From positions 1 through 64,000 of IMG/VR virus record IMGVR_UViG_3300042453_005404: a stretch of 64,000 bases of DNA. The stretch is one strand, 5' to 3'. The position numbers were made by a program, and so were the translations under genes. Under the pieces are notes generated by a model. The model searched no databases, had not been told where the DNA came from, and saw only the letters and a program-made list of their open reading frames with translations. Positions within the stretch are counted from its first letter, which is position 1; every line of letters starts with the position of its first letter. Below, piece after piece: positions 39,284-48,493 of the stretch.

Positions 39284-40408
39284 ATGGTCATGGATTATAT
39301 CGATCAACTCATTTCTCAGCTATATTTGGTCAAGCAACCACAACAAGCCCCAGAACGCTTTATACGGGCTTTTAAAGGCTTGTCTCCACGATTGCAAGGC
39401 AATGCCGTTCCATGGCATTTAACCATGCCAGAAAAGCTGTATAATGAGATTGGAAAGGATCAAGAACGTTTCCATACCGAACTAAGCAGCCTTGATCTTT
39501 CTTATCTTCAAGATGTGTATATTCCAACACAAAAAGTGTTTGATTATCTTCAACCAGCAAAGATTAATGTTGAACGCTATCAGCAATATTCACAACTCGA
39601 TCAAACTGGACATATTCAATCGTTTAAACCTAACCAAGATGGTTATGCTAACGTAGTTGAATATGATCGTGTAAGCAATATCACAGGACGGTTTAAAACT
39701 GTTTCTGGGCCTATGCTGTTACACCTTCCAAAGATTTATCGAAGCGTGTTAGAAAGCCGTTGGAAAGATAATGGAACAGTTGTATCTCTAGACTACAAAT
39801 CACTGGAACCAAGAGTGTTACTAGCTACTAGTGGAACACAACCAAAAGAAGAGATAGAGAAGGACATATATGAATCTGTAAGAACTTCTCTATTCCAAGA
39901 TAATCCAGAAGTTAATCGTGATGTGGTAAAAAAGATCGTGTTATCGGAGCTATATGGTGCAGGCATTGAAACCCTACGCCAGCGTTTGCCTAACATTAGA
40001 GATTTAGAATCAACTGTTGGACAGATCTCAGATTGGTTTGGTTTGGAAGCTATGAGAACAAAACTTTATGAACAATGGAAGGAAACAGGTAATCGGTATA
40101 TTGCCAATTTTTATGGTAGAAGAGTAAAAACAGAAACTTCACATACTCTTGTAAACCATTATGTGCAAAGCACAGCAATGGATGTTGCCATGCTAGGGTT
40201 TTTGAATATTCTTCAATACGTTGAAGAACTTGAAAAGCAGGAGCATATTGCTCCTATATTCATTCTTCACGATGCTTTGATTTTGGATATTCACGAAAAT
40301 AGTTTTAGTTTGATTAATGGATTGTGTAAGCTGGGTAGTGTAGACATTAAGAAGCTAGAAACCACTACGTTTTATATGTCCACAGACAAAGGGTTTTCAA
40401 CACTATGA
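39284..40408 (+). CDS. Family A DNA polymerase, polymerase domain only, divergent
   Basis: RVSNITGR, motif A SLDYKSLEPR, motif B RDVVKKIVLSELYG, NHYVQSTA and motif C LHDAL. No exonuclease domain within the 374 aa. Confidence 0.75.
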   Translation: MVMDYIDQLISQLYLVKQPQQAPERFIRAFKGLSPRLQGNAVPWHLTMPEKLYNEIGKDQERFHTELSSLDLSYLQDVYIPTQKVFDYLQPAKINVERYQQYSQLDQTGHIQSFKPNQDGYANVVEYDRVSNITGRFKTVSGPMLLHLPKIYRSVLESRWKDNGTVVSLDYKSLEPRVLLATSGTQPKEEIEKDIYESVRTSLFQDNPEVNRDVVKKIVLSELYGAGIETLRQRLPNIRDLESTVGQISDWFGLEAMRTKLYEQWKETGNRYIANFYGRRVKTETSHTLVNHYVQSTAMDVAMLGFLNILQYVEELEKQEHIAPIFILHDALILDIHENSFSLINGLCKLGSVDIKKLETTTFYMSTDKGFSTL

Positions 40409-41013
40409 ACCAAGAACAAGTAATCATTAAGAACTTTGAGCTATTCAAGACACAAGCTGCAAAGCTAGGTGCAAAAGGGGGTTCTATTCTAAGTTATGTG
40501 GACAACAATGCAGAACGAATCATGCTTGCACCTGCTTCAACAAAGCGGGATTATACTTGCTGTCATCCCGGTGGACTTGTTGAGCACTCTCTACGTGTAT
40601 TGCAGAATGCTGCCAAGCTACGTCAAGTATACAACCTTACGGACTCTGTTGCTACTTCAAGCATTATTCTCTGTTCTTTGTTTCATGACATTGGCAAGGT
40701 TGGCACGGAAAGCAAAGAATATTACGTAGACAATGCAAGTGATTGGCATCGTGACAAGCTTGGAGTTTATTACAACGTTGCTGATCGGTTTCAACACGTT
40801 CCAGTATCTCAACTAAGCCTTTTTACACTTTCGAAAAATAACGTTGAGATTGATATTGATGAATGGTATGCTATGTCTGTGGTTGGGAATAAGTCAGTTA
40901 GAGAAGATCTTCCCACACAAGGAGAACCTTGGATTTATGTTATTCTTTCACAAGCTGTAAAAGCTGCTTGTGTGCAAGGTAAAGGCAAAGAAAAGGTTAT
41001 TTCGATTCAATAA
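40405..41013 (+). CDS. HD-domain phosphohydrolase (YhaM-like)
   Basis: GGLVEHSLRV and LFHDIGKVG; ATGA overlap with the polymerase gene. Confidence 0.8.
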   Translation: MNQEQVIIKNFELFKTQAAKLGAKGGSILSYVDNNAERIMLAPASTKRDYTCCHPGGLVEHSLRVLQNAAKLRQVYNLTDSVATSSIILCSLFHDIGKVGTESKEYYVDNASDWHRDKLGVYYNVADRFQHVPVSQLSLFTLSKNNVEIDIDEWYAMSVVGNKSVREDLPTQGEPWIYVILSQAVKAACVQGKGKEKVISIQ

Positions 41014-41121
41014 ACATGATTGGATTTTTTGCTAATACTTAGTAGATAGACCACCAAAACTAGGTGTTAGTTCAACACAACCAAACAAAAACTGTGGTCA
41101 AGAAAGAAAAGAGCAAATAAA

Positions 41122-41967
41122 ATGGCAAGTTACAATCTCGATGCAATCAAGGCAGCTCTCTCAAAGAACGACAAAACTTCAACTGGCACAAAGGGTACAA
41201 CCCAAAAGCAAGTATACTGGAAGCCTACTCTGGGCGAACACGATCTTCGTTTTCTTCCGATTCAAAACTCTTCTAATGAGCCATTTCAAACCGTGTCTTA
41301 TTACGGTGATCCTCTAACTCAAATGCGTATGGTTGCTCCATATTCATTTGGTCTTCCTGATCCTATCAAGGAACAGTTCGAAGAGCTTCGTAACAGCAAG
41401 AAGCACCCCGATGGTTGGTCTATTGCCAAGCATCTTCGTGCCAAGGAACGCTTTTATGCTGTTATTCTTGTTCGTGGTGAGGAAGACAAGGGTCCACAAA
41501 TCTGGGAGTTTTCCAAGGAAACTCGTGACCAAGTTTATGGTATCCTAACTCACAAGGATAACATTGACGAGGACATGCTTTCTCCTGATGTTGGCTATGA
41601 CTTCACTTGCTCAGTTACGCAAGTAATCGAAGGTGGTAAGCCACGGCTCTACAAGGGATCTCCTGTGAAGCAAATCAACCTTCAAGCTCGTAAGAAGCCA
41701 TCTCCTCTATCAAAGGATAAGGCTCAAACGAAGAAGTGGCTGGATGCAGTGCCAAACCTTGAAGAAATGTTTAAGCGTCAATGCAAGTCTCCAGAAGAAC
41801 TTGTTGAGGTGCTAGAACAGTTTGTTGCCAACCTTACTGGTGTCACTCCTAGTGCTTCTACCCGAGAAGCTGGAACAGATGTAACAGAAGCTAAAACAGG
41901 AAGAAAGCAAACAAATCCTGTTGCCGATAAACTTGAAGATGCCTTCGCAGACTTGGCTCCTTTCTGA
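41122..41967 (+). CDS. Single-stranded DNA-binding protein (T4 gp32-like)
   Basis: YWKPTLGEHDLRFLP, ERFYAVILVRGEEDKGPQIWEF and GYDF, with an acidic/hydrophobic tail EDAFADLAPF. Confidence 0.8.
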   Translation: MASYNLDAIKAALSKNDKTSTGTKGTTQKQVYWKPTLGEHDLRFLPIQNSSNEPFQTVSYYGDPLTQMRMVAPYSFGLPDPIKEQFEELRNSKKHPDGWSIAKHLRAKERFYAVILVRGEEDKGPQIWEFSKETRDQVYGILTHKDNIDEDMLSPDVGYDFTCSVTQVIEGGKPRLYKGSPVKQINLQARKKPSPLSKDKAQTKKWLDAVPNLEEMFKRQCKSPEELVEVLEQFVANLTGVTPSASTREAGTDVTEAKTGRKQTNPVADKLEDAFADLAPF

Positions 41968-42007
41968 TATCTTAACTTAATCCTCTTTCTCCTCTTCACC
42001 CAAAACG

Positions 42008-42050
42008 GAAAACCCCGGCAGGATCTCTCCTCCGGGGTTTTCTCTTTTTC
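42008..42050 (+). terminator. Intrinsic terminator after the SSB gene
   Basis: Stem gaaaaccccgg/ccggggttttc followed by a T-tract. Confidence 0.8.
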
Positions 42051-42078
42051 TTCTGTTAAACTTTTTCGTTTACTTTGT

Positions 42079-42107
42079 TTGACTTTTGATTGCTGCTATG
42101 TTATGTT
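42079..42107 (+). promoter_or_regulatory. Sigma70-like promoter TTGACT-N17-TATGTT upstream of recA
   Basis: Spacing read directly; an AAGGAG SD precedes ATG 42133. Confidence 0.5.
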
Positions 42108-42132
42108 GTTTGAAGAAGGAGAGCAAAACTAT

Positions 42133-43902
42133 ATGGCAATCAAATCAAACAAAAAGCCTCTATTAGACGAACCAGCAGCAAACGAGGACACAGACTTTTC
42201 TGCTGAACTAATCAAGCAAATCAACAAAGAAGCTGGTAACAAAATCGCTTTCAACCTTGGTACCGACGAAGCTCCAACAACAGTTAAACGTTGGATTTCT
42301 ACAGGTTCCAAACAACTTGACTACATTATCTCTAACCGTCGCAACGGTGGTGTAGCAGAAGGGCGTATTGTAGAAATCCAAGGCCCACCGAGCTCTGGTA
42401 AATCTCACATCGCTTATGAGATTGCTAAAAGCACACAACGTATGAATGGTATCGTTGTGTATATTGATACAGAGAATGCTACATCAGTAGAAAACCTTGA
42501 AGGTCTTGGTATCGATATTCGCAAGCGTTTCGTGTTTATTCAAGAAACCTGTATTGAAGATATCTTCAAGGTTATTGAATCAACTATTGAAAAGGCTCGC
42601 AATCTCAAGGCTGATGTACCGGTAACGGTTATTTGGGACTCTGTTGCTGCCAGTGCTCCCAAGGCAGAGATTGAAGGTGATTATGACCAGAACACGATTG
42701 GTTTGGCGGCTCGTGTATTGTCCAAAGGTTTCCGTAAGGTTACTGATGTGATTGGGGACAAGAATGTTTGTCTTGTGCTGCTAAATCAGCAGAGAACTAA
42801 GATTGGATGTGTCAGCCCAGAAACAATGATCTCTTATCGTCCGGTTGGTACAAACCAAGAACGTGTTGGCACCATGCGTTCATTTTTTAAAGAAACAGGA
42901 ATCTATTTTAACAGTATGATCATTGGAAACCCGGTTGATATATCTGGTTGGGAGGTGAAGACACTAATAGCTGATCATAATAATTTTTCCGAAGTTGTTT
43001 GGAAACCGGTCTTGCGGGTTGTAAGAAAGCCAAGTGCTCCCAGAATAAACATCACCACAGCTTCTGGTTTCTCACTTGATTGCTCACCAGACCATAAAGT
43101 TTTTGTTCGAAGTGTTAATTTTCCATGTCCAAGCGAGTGGTATGCAGAAGCCAAAGATATTTATAAAACAGTCAAGAATTATCCTCTTCAAATAAAAACT
43201 ATCGGAGGCTGGGAGCCATTTCAAATTAAAAGCTCTTTGGAGGATATTGAGATTGCCGATATTGAAGTAGAGGGAGAACATTCTTATCTAAGTAATGGAA
43301 TTTTGTCACACAATACAATGTATGGCGACCCGACAACTACTCCCGGTGGAATGGCAATTCCATATCATGCATCTACTCGTATCAAGCTTACAGGTGGTCA
43401 ACAAATCAAACAAAGCATCAACGGCAAGGAGGCTGTTATTGGTATCAACGTTACCTGCAAGACCATTAAGAACAAGGTTGCAAGACCTTGGAGAGAAGTA
43501 TCATTTGAGATTCACTTTGGTAAGGGAGTGAGAGAGGACGAAAACGTTTTCGATGAACTTCGTGAGTTTTGTGAGAAATGCAAAGATCCTGTTATCTTTG
43601 AAGGTAAGAAAATCAAGCTAGAGGGAACGTCACAATGGAAATATTTCCAAGTAAACGATGTTAAAACTGGGGAGATTGTTGTGGATGAAAAGTTCTACAA
43701 GAGCGAGTTTGGAAGCCGTATTCTAAACAATCCAGAGTATGCTGATTACGTCACTGCTCTAATGGATGCAACGTTCATTATGAAGAATGGTGATGACAAC
43801 CACAAAACGGTTGCTAGCATTGATCTTGGTAGTGCTACCGAGGTTGAAGCTGCAAAAGTTGAAAAACTTGGCCGTGCTGGCAAAAACTTGCTAGCAGACT
43901 GA
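42133..43902 (+). CDS. recA: RecA/UvsX recombinase, intein-containing
   Basis: WISTGS, GRIVEIQGPPSSGKS, IWDSVAA, AIPYHASTRI and KNKVARPWRE. Confidence 0.92.
   Translation: MAIKSNKKPLLDEPAANEDTDFSAELIKQINKEAGNKIAFNLGTDEAPTTVKRWISTGSKQLDYIISNRRNGGVAEGRIVEIQGPPSSGKSHIAYEIAKSTQRMNGIVVYIDTENATSVENLEGLGIDIRKRFVFIQETCIEDIFKVIESTIEKARNLKADVPVTVIWDSVAASAPKAEIEGDYDQNTIGLAARVLSKGFRKVTDVIGDKNVCLVLLNQQRTKIGCVSPETMISYRPVGTNQERVGTMRSFFKETGIYFNSMIIGNPVDISGWEVKTLIADHNNFSEVVWKPVLRVVRKPSAPRINITTASGFSLDCSPDHKVFVRSVNFPCPSEWYAEAKDIYKTVKNYPLQIKTIGGWEPFQIKSSLEDIEIADIEVEGEHSYLSNGILSHNTMYGDPTTTPGGMAIPYHASTRIKLTGGQQIKQSINGKEAVIGINVTCKTIKNKVARPWREVSFEIHFGKGVREDENVFDELREFCEKCKDPVIFEGKKIKLEGTSQWKYFQVNDVKTGEIVVDEKFYKSEFGSRILNNPEYADYVTALMDATFIMKNGDDNHKTVASIDLGSATEVEAAKVEKLGRAGKNLLAD
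42808..43314 (+). mobile_element. 169-aa mini-intein in the RecA L2 loop
   Basis: Starts CVSPET; block B CSPDH; ends ADIEVEGEHSYLSNGILSHN with Thr at +1. Removing it restores QQRTKIG-TMYGDPTTTPGG. No LAGLIDADG or HNH motif seen. Confidence 0.92.
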
Positions 43903-43963
43903 TTCTTTCCCACCTCTTAAAAAACCCTTAGTTTTCAAGGGTTTACAAAAAAATAAAATAATC

Positions 43964-43992
43964 TTTAGAATATCTTGGTTGTATGGTATTCT
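43964..43992 (+). promoter_or_regulatory. Early promoter TTTAGA-N17-TATTCT, predicted leaderless
   Basis: The -10 ends 6 nt before ATG 43999. Confidence 0.75.
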
Positions 43993-43998
43993 ATTATC

Positions 43999-44550
43999 AT
44001 GAACGACGAAGACATTTTCATGCAAGAGCTTGCATCTGATCCTGATTATGTTGCGTGGTGTGACCAGCGCAAGCAAGAGGCTATGGATGAAATGTGCAGC
44101 ATGAGCGACGATCAAATCGAGGCCATACTTCCCCAGAAGTACATGGTTTTCGTGTATGGCTCTCTCAAGCGTGGTTTTGGTAATCACAAGCTTTTGGAAG
44201 GTTCCAAGTTTTTCGGTATTACTGAAACGGTATATCGTAACTTTCGTATGCATCCTTTGCTTGGTTCTTTTCCAGCGGTTACTGTTGCCATCGATGATGC
44301 GTTTGCAATCATGGGTGAGTTGTACGAGGTTGACGCTGCAACCATGAAACGCATTGATATGCTTGAAGGTAACGGAACGATGTACACTCGTCGGCTTGTA
44401 TCGGTGTACAACGGCTCCGAGATTGTTGAAGCTTGGATGTATCTCATGTCGGAAAATGACAAGCTTATTGAAAACAACGTAATATATTCTACCGGTCGAT
44501 TTGTATACACCGACAACAACCTTGGCACCCAAGAGTGGTTCCAAGGATAA
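43999..44550 (+). CDS. Gamma-glutamylcyclotransferase (AIG2-like) family protein
   Basis: VFVYGSLKRGFGNH, IMGELYEV, RIDMLEG and AWMY. Confidence 0.85.
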   Translation: MNDEDIFMQELASDPDYVAWCDQRKQEAMDEMCSMSDDQIEAILPQKYMVFVYGSLKRGFGNHKLLEGSKFFGITETVYRNFRMHPLLGSFPAVTVAIDDAFAIMGELYEVDAATMKRIDMLEGNGTMYTRRLVSVYNGSEIVEAWMYLMSENDKLIENNVIYSTGRFVYTDNNLGTQEWFQG

Positions 44551-44612
44551 AAATCTCAACCATCAAGCTATTTAAACTCAACAACAAGTAGAAAGAAAAA
44601 GGAACAGACAAA

Positions 44613-45890
44613 ATGGGTCAGCTTCGTAACACGATTCGTACAATGGTTCGCAACGAGTTCGCTGCTCGCATGGTTGAGGAAGCCAAGAAGAGCACGAAGA
44701 AGGGTTATACCGCAAAGACGGTATACCGTTCTAGCAAGTATATCGATATGTGGAATGATCTTCCCAAGGGTACACCTACACTTGTGGTTACGGACGATGC
44801 TACCAAGTTCGATTTCGTGCGACGTATGTTGAGCCTTCTTAACAAGGCTGATCAAGAGCGTAGCACTGCTCCCATTTATCTTGAACCCGAGCAAAAAGCA
44901 GAAGCTCTCAATCTTCTAAAGCCTCTTGTTAACGATCCTAACGAGTTTGTGGAAACCATGAACAAAGAGCGGGGCATTGTCTTTGGTCAAGCTTATGGGG
45001 AGACGGTGGGTGGCAAGCTTCGTTCTCACCCCGATCCTGTTGCTTATCTTCTCACGCAATATCTTTCCGACAAGGATGTGCTTAAGAGCATGGAGAACGT
45101 CGAGCCCGACGCTCCTGCTGCTGCTGGTACTGCCGAGGAAGGTGAATATGACATTATTCCCGGTACTACCAGCAAAGCAGATATTTCTCGTATGCTTTCT
45201 CAAGATCCTACCGAGACAACCACTGAAATGAGCGTGGTTAATCGTCTTAAGAAGGCAATGAAGCATCTTACCAACGATCAGAACATGGCCATTATGGAGT
45301 TTATCAAAGACCCTGATATGGATTCTGCCGACAAGAAGGAACTGATTGGTAATCTTGAAAAGCTTACCAAGCTTGTTGGTGATACTGCTGGCAAGTATTC
45401 CGAAATGTTCGTGGATGCACATATCGCTGCTGCTAAAGCCATCAAGGATGTTGAGAACTTTGATCAAGTAGAAAAGGCACGCACTCAAGGCAACAAGAAG
45501 TTTATTGATGCTCTCAAGTCCGCTGGCGTGTTCTCCCCCGCTGTGAACCGTGGCAAGATTAATCCTGCTGAATACGATGTGTTTGATGCGGTACTTGATA
45601 CCCAAGAAGGTCGCTCGGATGTGCATGGAATGATTACGATTGCTGCCAAGAAGCCAGCTCAAGCAGAGCTTTTCCGTGACGAAGCGATTGCCGCTGCCAA
45701 GGAGGCATTCATAGGAGAGCAAGACAAGCAAACCAACTTCAACACTCTTGGTGATTTTACTGATACCCTTCCTGCTGTCAAGGAAATTCGTCGGCAGATC
45801 TTCAGCACCCTTTCGAAGCGTGGTCGCAAGAAGGGTTCTACCAAGGAAGTGCTTGCTGCCAAGAAAGCAGCAGCAGGCAAGAAGAAGTGA
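44613..45890 (+). CDS. Hypothetical protein with G/C-ending codon usage
   Basis: 425-aa ORF with an AAGGA SD and a basic C-terminus KRGRKKGSTK; followed by a gatttagc/gctaaatc hairpin (45889-45911). Confidence 0.8.
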   Translation: MGQLRNTIRTMVRNEFAARMVEEAKKSTKKGYTAKTVYRSSKYIDMWNDLPKGTPTLVVTDDATKFDFVRRMLSLLNKADQERSTAPIYLEPEQKAEALNLLKPLVNDPNEFVETMNKERGIVFGQAYGETVGGKLRSHPDPVAYLLTQYLSDKDVLKSMENVEPDAPAAAGTAEEGEYDIIPGTTSKADISRMLSQDPTETTTEMSVVNRLKKAMKHLTNDQNMAIMEFIKDPDMDSADKKELIGNLEKLTKLVGDTAGKYSEMFVDAHIAAAKAIKDVENFDQVEKARTQGNKKFIDALKSAGVFSPAVNRGKINPAEYDVFDAVLDTQEGRSDVHGMITIAAKKPAQAELFRDEAIAAAKEAFIGEQDKQTNFNTLGDFTDTLPAVKEIRRQIFSTLSKRGRKKGSTKEVLAAKKAAAGKKK

Positions 45891-45919
45891 TTTAGCTCGT
45901 TAAGCTAAATCGCTATGAA

Positions 45920-46240
45920 ATGTTTTCTGCAATAACAAAGCTTTTTCATTCATCTAGCTTAGATGAACCAAAAAAGACTGCCCTTCGAAGCTTGGAGTTC
46001 GAAGGGCAGTCTTGCAATTTCTATATTGACTTCAAAAATCTTGAAGATGCAAACACAATGATGTTTGAGATATTGAACATGCAACATGAAAAAACCGTGC
46101 ATACAATAATGCGTATAGAAAAAACATCGTTGTCAGTATCAATACAACATAACGTTAATACTGATGATGATGGAATGATCGATTTGATTGACAGAATAGA
46201 TAAAAGAGCAGTGGAGTTTATAAATGGCAAAGTTCATTGA
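45920..46240 (+). CDS. Hypothetical protein
   Basis: 106-aa ORF in a co-oriented run. Confidence 0.55.
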   Translation: MFSAITKLFHSSSLDEPKKTALRSLEFEGQSCNFYIDFKNLEDANTMMFEILNMQHEKTVHTIMRIEKTSLSVSIQHNVNTDDDGMIDLIDRIDKRAVEFINGKVH

Positions 46241-46655
46241 AGGTAAAGACGGTTCCCGTATGCTTGTGAGTGATGACGTACCAGAAGATATCGAATTTGG
46301 TGGAAACGAAATAATGTCGAACAAAGAAATTACAAGCAAAATGATGGAGCTAATAAAGGCAGACCCCGCCAGCATTTTACTGTGTTTTGCAAAAGAAGAT
46401 CTTCCAGTTGTTCCTGTTCAAGCAGATAAGTTTATTGTTGACGAACCAAAGATCAAACTAGCTGGAACAATGCTTTTGGTTGATTATGCATGGCTGCTAG
46501 AGAATCTTATTGAATCCATTTCTCATCTCGAAATCAGAACCGAGAACAGAATCTACAAAATAGCTAATGGTCCAATGTTGGTTACACGTTTTGTTGGAAA
46601 AGATATCAATGCAACAACCGTCAATGTGAATGTTTCCTTTAAACGGTATATTTAG
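46224..46655 (+). CDS. Hypothetical protein
   Basis: 143-aa ORF with a GGAG SD. Confidence 0.6.
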   Translation: MAKFIEGKDGSRMLVSDDVPEDIEFGGNEIMSNKEITSKMMELIKADPASILLCFAKEDLPVVPVQADKFIVDEPKIKLAGTMLLVDYAWLLENLIESISHLEIRTENRIYKIANGPMLVTRFVGKDINATTVNVNVSFKRYI

Positions 46656-46675
46656 AACATGGAGATTAATCGATT

Positions 46676-47080
46676 ATGTCAATGAGAAAAAACATTCTTG
46701 CTCTTTCGTTGTTTGAAGCAGCAAAGACTCTAAAAGAGCAAGCAGAAACTGTTTCAAACGAAGGTGTTCCGGTTGATGACGAAACTGGAGAAGCCATTAC
46801 CTTGGATCATATTCTTGAACGTTTAAACACCATTCGCTCTGGTAAAAGTTTTCAAGATCCAGAAGTTTATGGAAAGCTAACAACTCTATTCAAATCAATG
46901 TCAAGCGATGACAAACTTAAACTAAATCAACAACTTCGCAACATTGGAGCCGTAGTTCAAAATCAAATTCCTGTTGAAATGGCTCCCGAAACATCAACAC
47001 CCGCTCCATCACCCGCACCCCCATCAACACCCGCTCCATCCCCCGCACCCCCTCCACCGCCCTCAGCCCCCGCCGCTTGA
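46676..47080 (+). CDS. Hypothetical protein (LSLFEAA leader) with a Pro-rich tail
   Basis: RLNTIRSGKSF; the tail is encoded by a 30-nt tandem repeat. Confidence 0.7.
   Translation: MSMRKNILALSLFEAAKTLKEQAETVSNEGVPVDDETGEAITLDHILERLNTIRSGKSFQDPEVYGKLTTLFKSMSSDDKLKLNQQLRNIGAVVQNQIPVEMAPETSTPAPSPAPPSTPAPSPAPPPPPSAPAA
46992..47051 (+). repeat. 30-nt tandem repeat x2 (29/30 identical)
   Basis: catcaacacccgctccatc(a/c)cccgcacccc, encoding STPAPSPAPP twice. Confidence 0.9.
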
Positions 47081-47113
47081 TCAAAACAGCTATATACAAG
47101 CTGAAAAATAATC

Positions 47114-47143
47114 TATAGATTTCTGATTATTTTGTGCTATACT
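47114..47143 (+). promoter_or_regulatory. Early promoter variant TATAGA-N18-TATACT
   Basis: Extended -10 TGcTATACT, upstream of ORF 47169. Confidence 0.55.
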
Positions 47144-47168
47144 ATTCCTTAAGGATCGACAAGCACAC

Positions 47169-47453
47169 ATGGCAATCAAGGAACCTGTATTCAGTTACCG
47201 CAAGTATCGAGTTACCCCAAATGTTGATTACATTCCGTGTTTGCCTGTTAAGAAGTCGCAAGGCTATTATGAGCAAGAGTTTTCAACAACAACACGTATT
47301 CCTAAAGGTGCCGAAGTTACTTTTGTCGCAAAATACGATAATGATTTGGTTGAGGTTCGGTTTACTGTTGAAAACTCCAAAGAGTTTTATCATGTGCTGG
47401 TAATGTCGGACTTTATTTGCGAAAACTTGCTGCCGATATTCCGCAAGAACTAA
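47169..47453 (+). CDS. Small beta-rich hypothetical protein
   Basis: 94-aa ORF with an AAGGA SD. Confidence 0.6.
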   Translation: MAIKEPVFSYRKYRVTPNVDYIPCLPVKKSQGYYEQEFSTTTRIPKGAEVTFVAKYDNDLVEVRFTVENSKEFYHVLVMSDFICENLLPIFRKN

Positions 47454-47552
47454 CTACTCAAACAAATAACGAACAAAAGCTTCCACATTTCGTGAAGCCT
47501 GCTCTGTCACTTGTTGGTTTGCAGGAGCGTTTTCTCTGAAAGATTTTTTCAT
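47454..47552 (-). CDS. 32-aa small protein below the ORF-track cutoff
   Basis: MKKSFRENAPANQQVTEQASRNVEAFVRYLFE*, with a GAGGT SD 5 nt upstream and TATTTA at 47573-47578. Confidence 0.55.
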   Translation of the reverse strand: MKKSFRENAPANQQVTEQASRNVEAFVRYLFE

Positions 47553-47650
47553 GATATACCTCGTATGTGTCATAAATATCGTTTACATTTCATTATGTTC
47601 GTGAGAACATAATGAAACAACTCAAACATATATACACAAAGGAGAAAATC

Positions 47651-47860
47651 ATGATTAATATTCGTTCACTAGTTCTTGTTCTTGGTATCTTTGCTACAGG
47701 GTGTGATTCTTGTACGTCTGTTACACCCTCAGACGCTGCCGTTGATGCAACTGTTGCTCAAGATGTAGTGGTTGAAGCAGCTGTTGACGTACCAGTGGTT
47801 GCAGATGCTGCTCCTGTAGCCGTAGATGCAACCGTGGCCGTCGATGCTGCCCGTGACTGA
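47651..47860 (+). CDS. Small lipoprotein with a DAAVDA-type low-complexity tail
   Basis: GGAG SD; signal peptide MINIRSLVLVLGIFATG-C with a lipobox-like Cys; Asp/Ala/Val repeats. Confidence 0.7.
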   Translation: MINIRSLVLVLGIFATGCDSCTSVTPSDAAVDATVAQDVVVEAAVDVPVVADAAPVAVDATVAVDAARD

Positions 47861-48236
47861 ACACATCTGGTGTGAAAATATCAGAAAGCGGCATTCAAGT
47901 TTGCTGGGAAAACTGGCACAACTTGAATGCCCTTCTGGTTGGGAAACAATGATCGATCAACTGTGCTTGGATATAATAAAGCACGAAGTTTTCTTTTCAG
48001 AAAATCCCGACTATACACCAGTTAACTTTGTTCAGATCAAAGAAAAGTTCGGTGGTTTAAGAGCGTATTACGAAGGTGGTAAAATCAAAAACGAATACAT
48101 AGAAATGATACGTATCATTGTTCGTAAATACGAAGATATATCCACAGAAGTATGTAGTTTTTGTGGATCATTCCCCGCCAAACTAACAGTAAAAAATCGA
48201 TGGATACACCCAGTTTGCTCAGAATGTGAAAAATGA
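47826..48236 (+). CDS. Conserved phage hypothetical protein (QIKEKFGGLR family)
   Basis: GWETMI, VQIKEKFGGLRAYY and CSFCG...CSEC. Confidence 0.7.
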   Translation: MQPWPSMLPVTEHIWCENIRKRHSSLLGKLAQLECPSGWETMIDQLCLDIIKHEVFFSENPDYTPVNFVQIKEKFGGLRAYYEGGKIKNEYIEMIRIIVRKYEDISTEVCSFCGSFPAKLTVKNRWIHPVCSECEK

Positions 48237-48493
48237 TTAAAATCAAAAATATCGCTGACGCAATCGCAAAAGCTCATATGTTAACTCACGAAGCCAAACT
48301 TGAGATGTTCGCTATTAGCGAGAATCAAACAAGTTATATGGCTATTGTAACACATCCAATGCTAACTTCCAACATTGAAGAAGTTATTAGCGTACATAAC
48401 ATGCCTTCCGACATTGCAGAAGAATATGTGCATTGTCGTGTTCATGGGTTAGCCGCAAAACTACTAGCAAAATTACATCCAGAAAAACCTTGA
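48233..48493 (+). CDS. Hypothetical protein
   Basis: 86-aa ORF with an ATGA overlap. Confidence 0.55.
   Translation: MIKIKNIADAIAKAHMLTHEAKLEMFAISENQTSYMAIVTHPMLTSNIEEVISVHNMPSDIAEEYVHCRVHGLAAKLLAKLHPEKP

Noticed and set aside
44916-45731. 271-aa minus-strand ORF (also 43891..44559)
   Set aside because: These are antisense shadows of GC-elevated plus-strand genes that have clear SD or promoter support.
46992-47078. G-quadruplex or regulatory role for the C-rich repeat
   Set aside because: It is adequately explained as coding for a Pro-rich tail, and there is no independent support.
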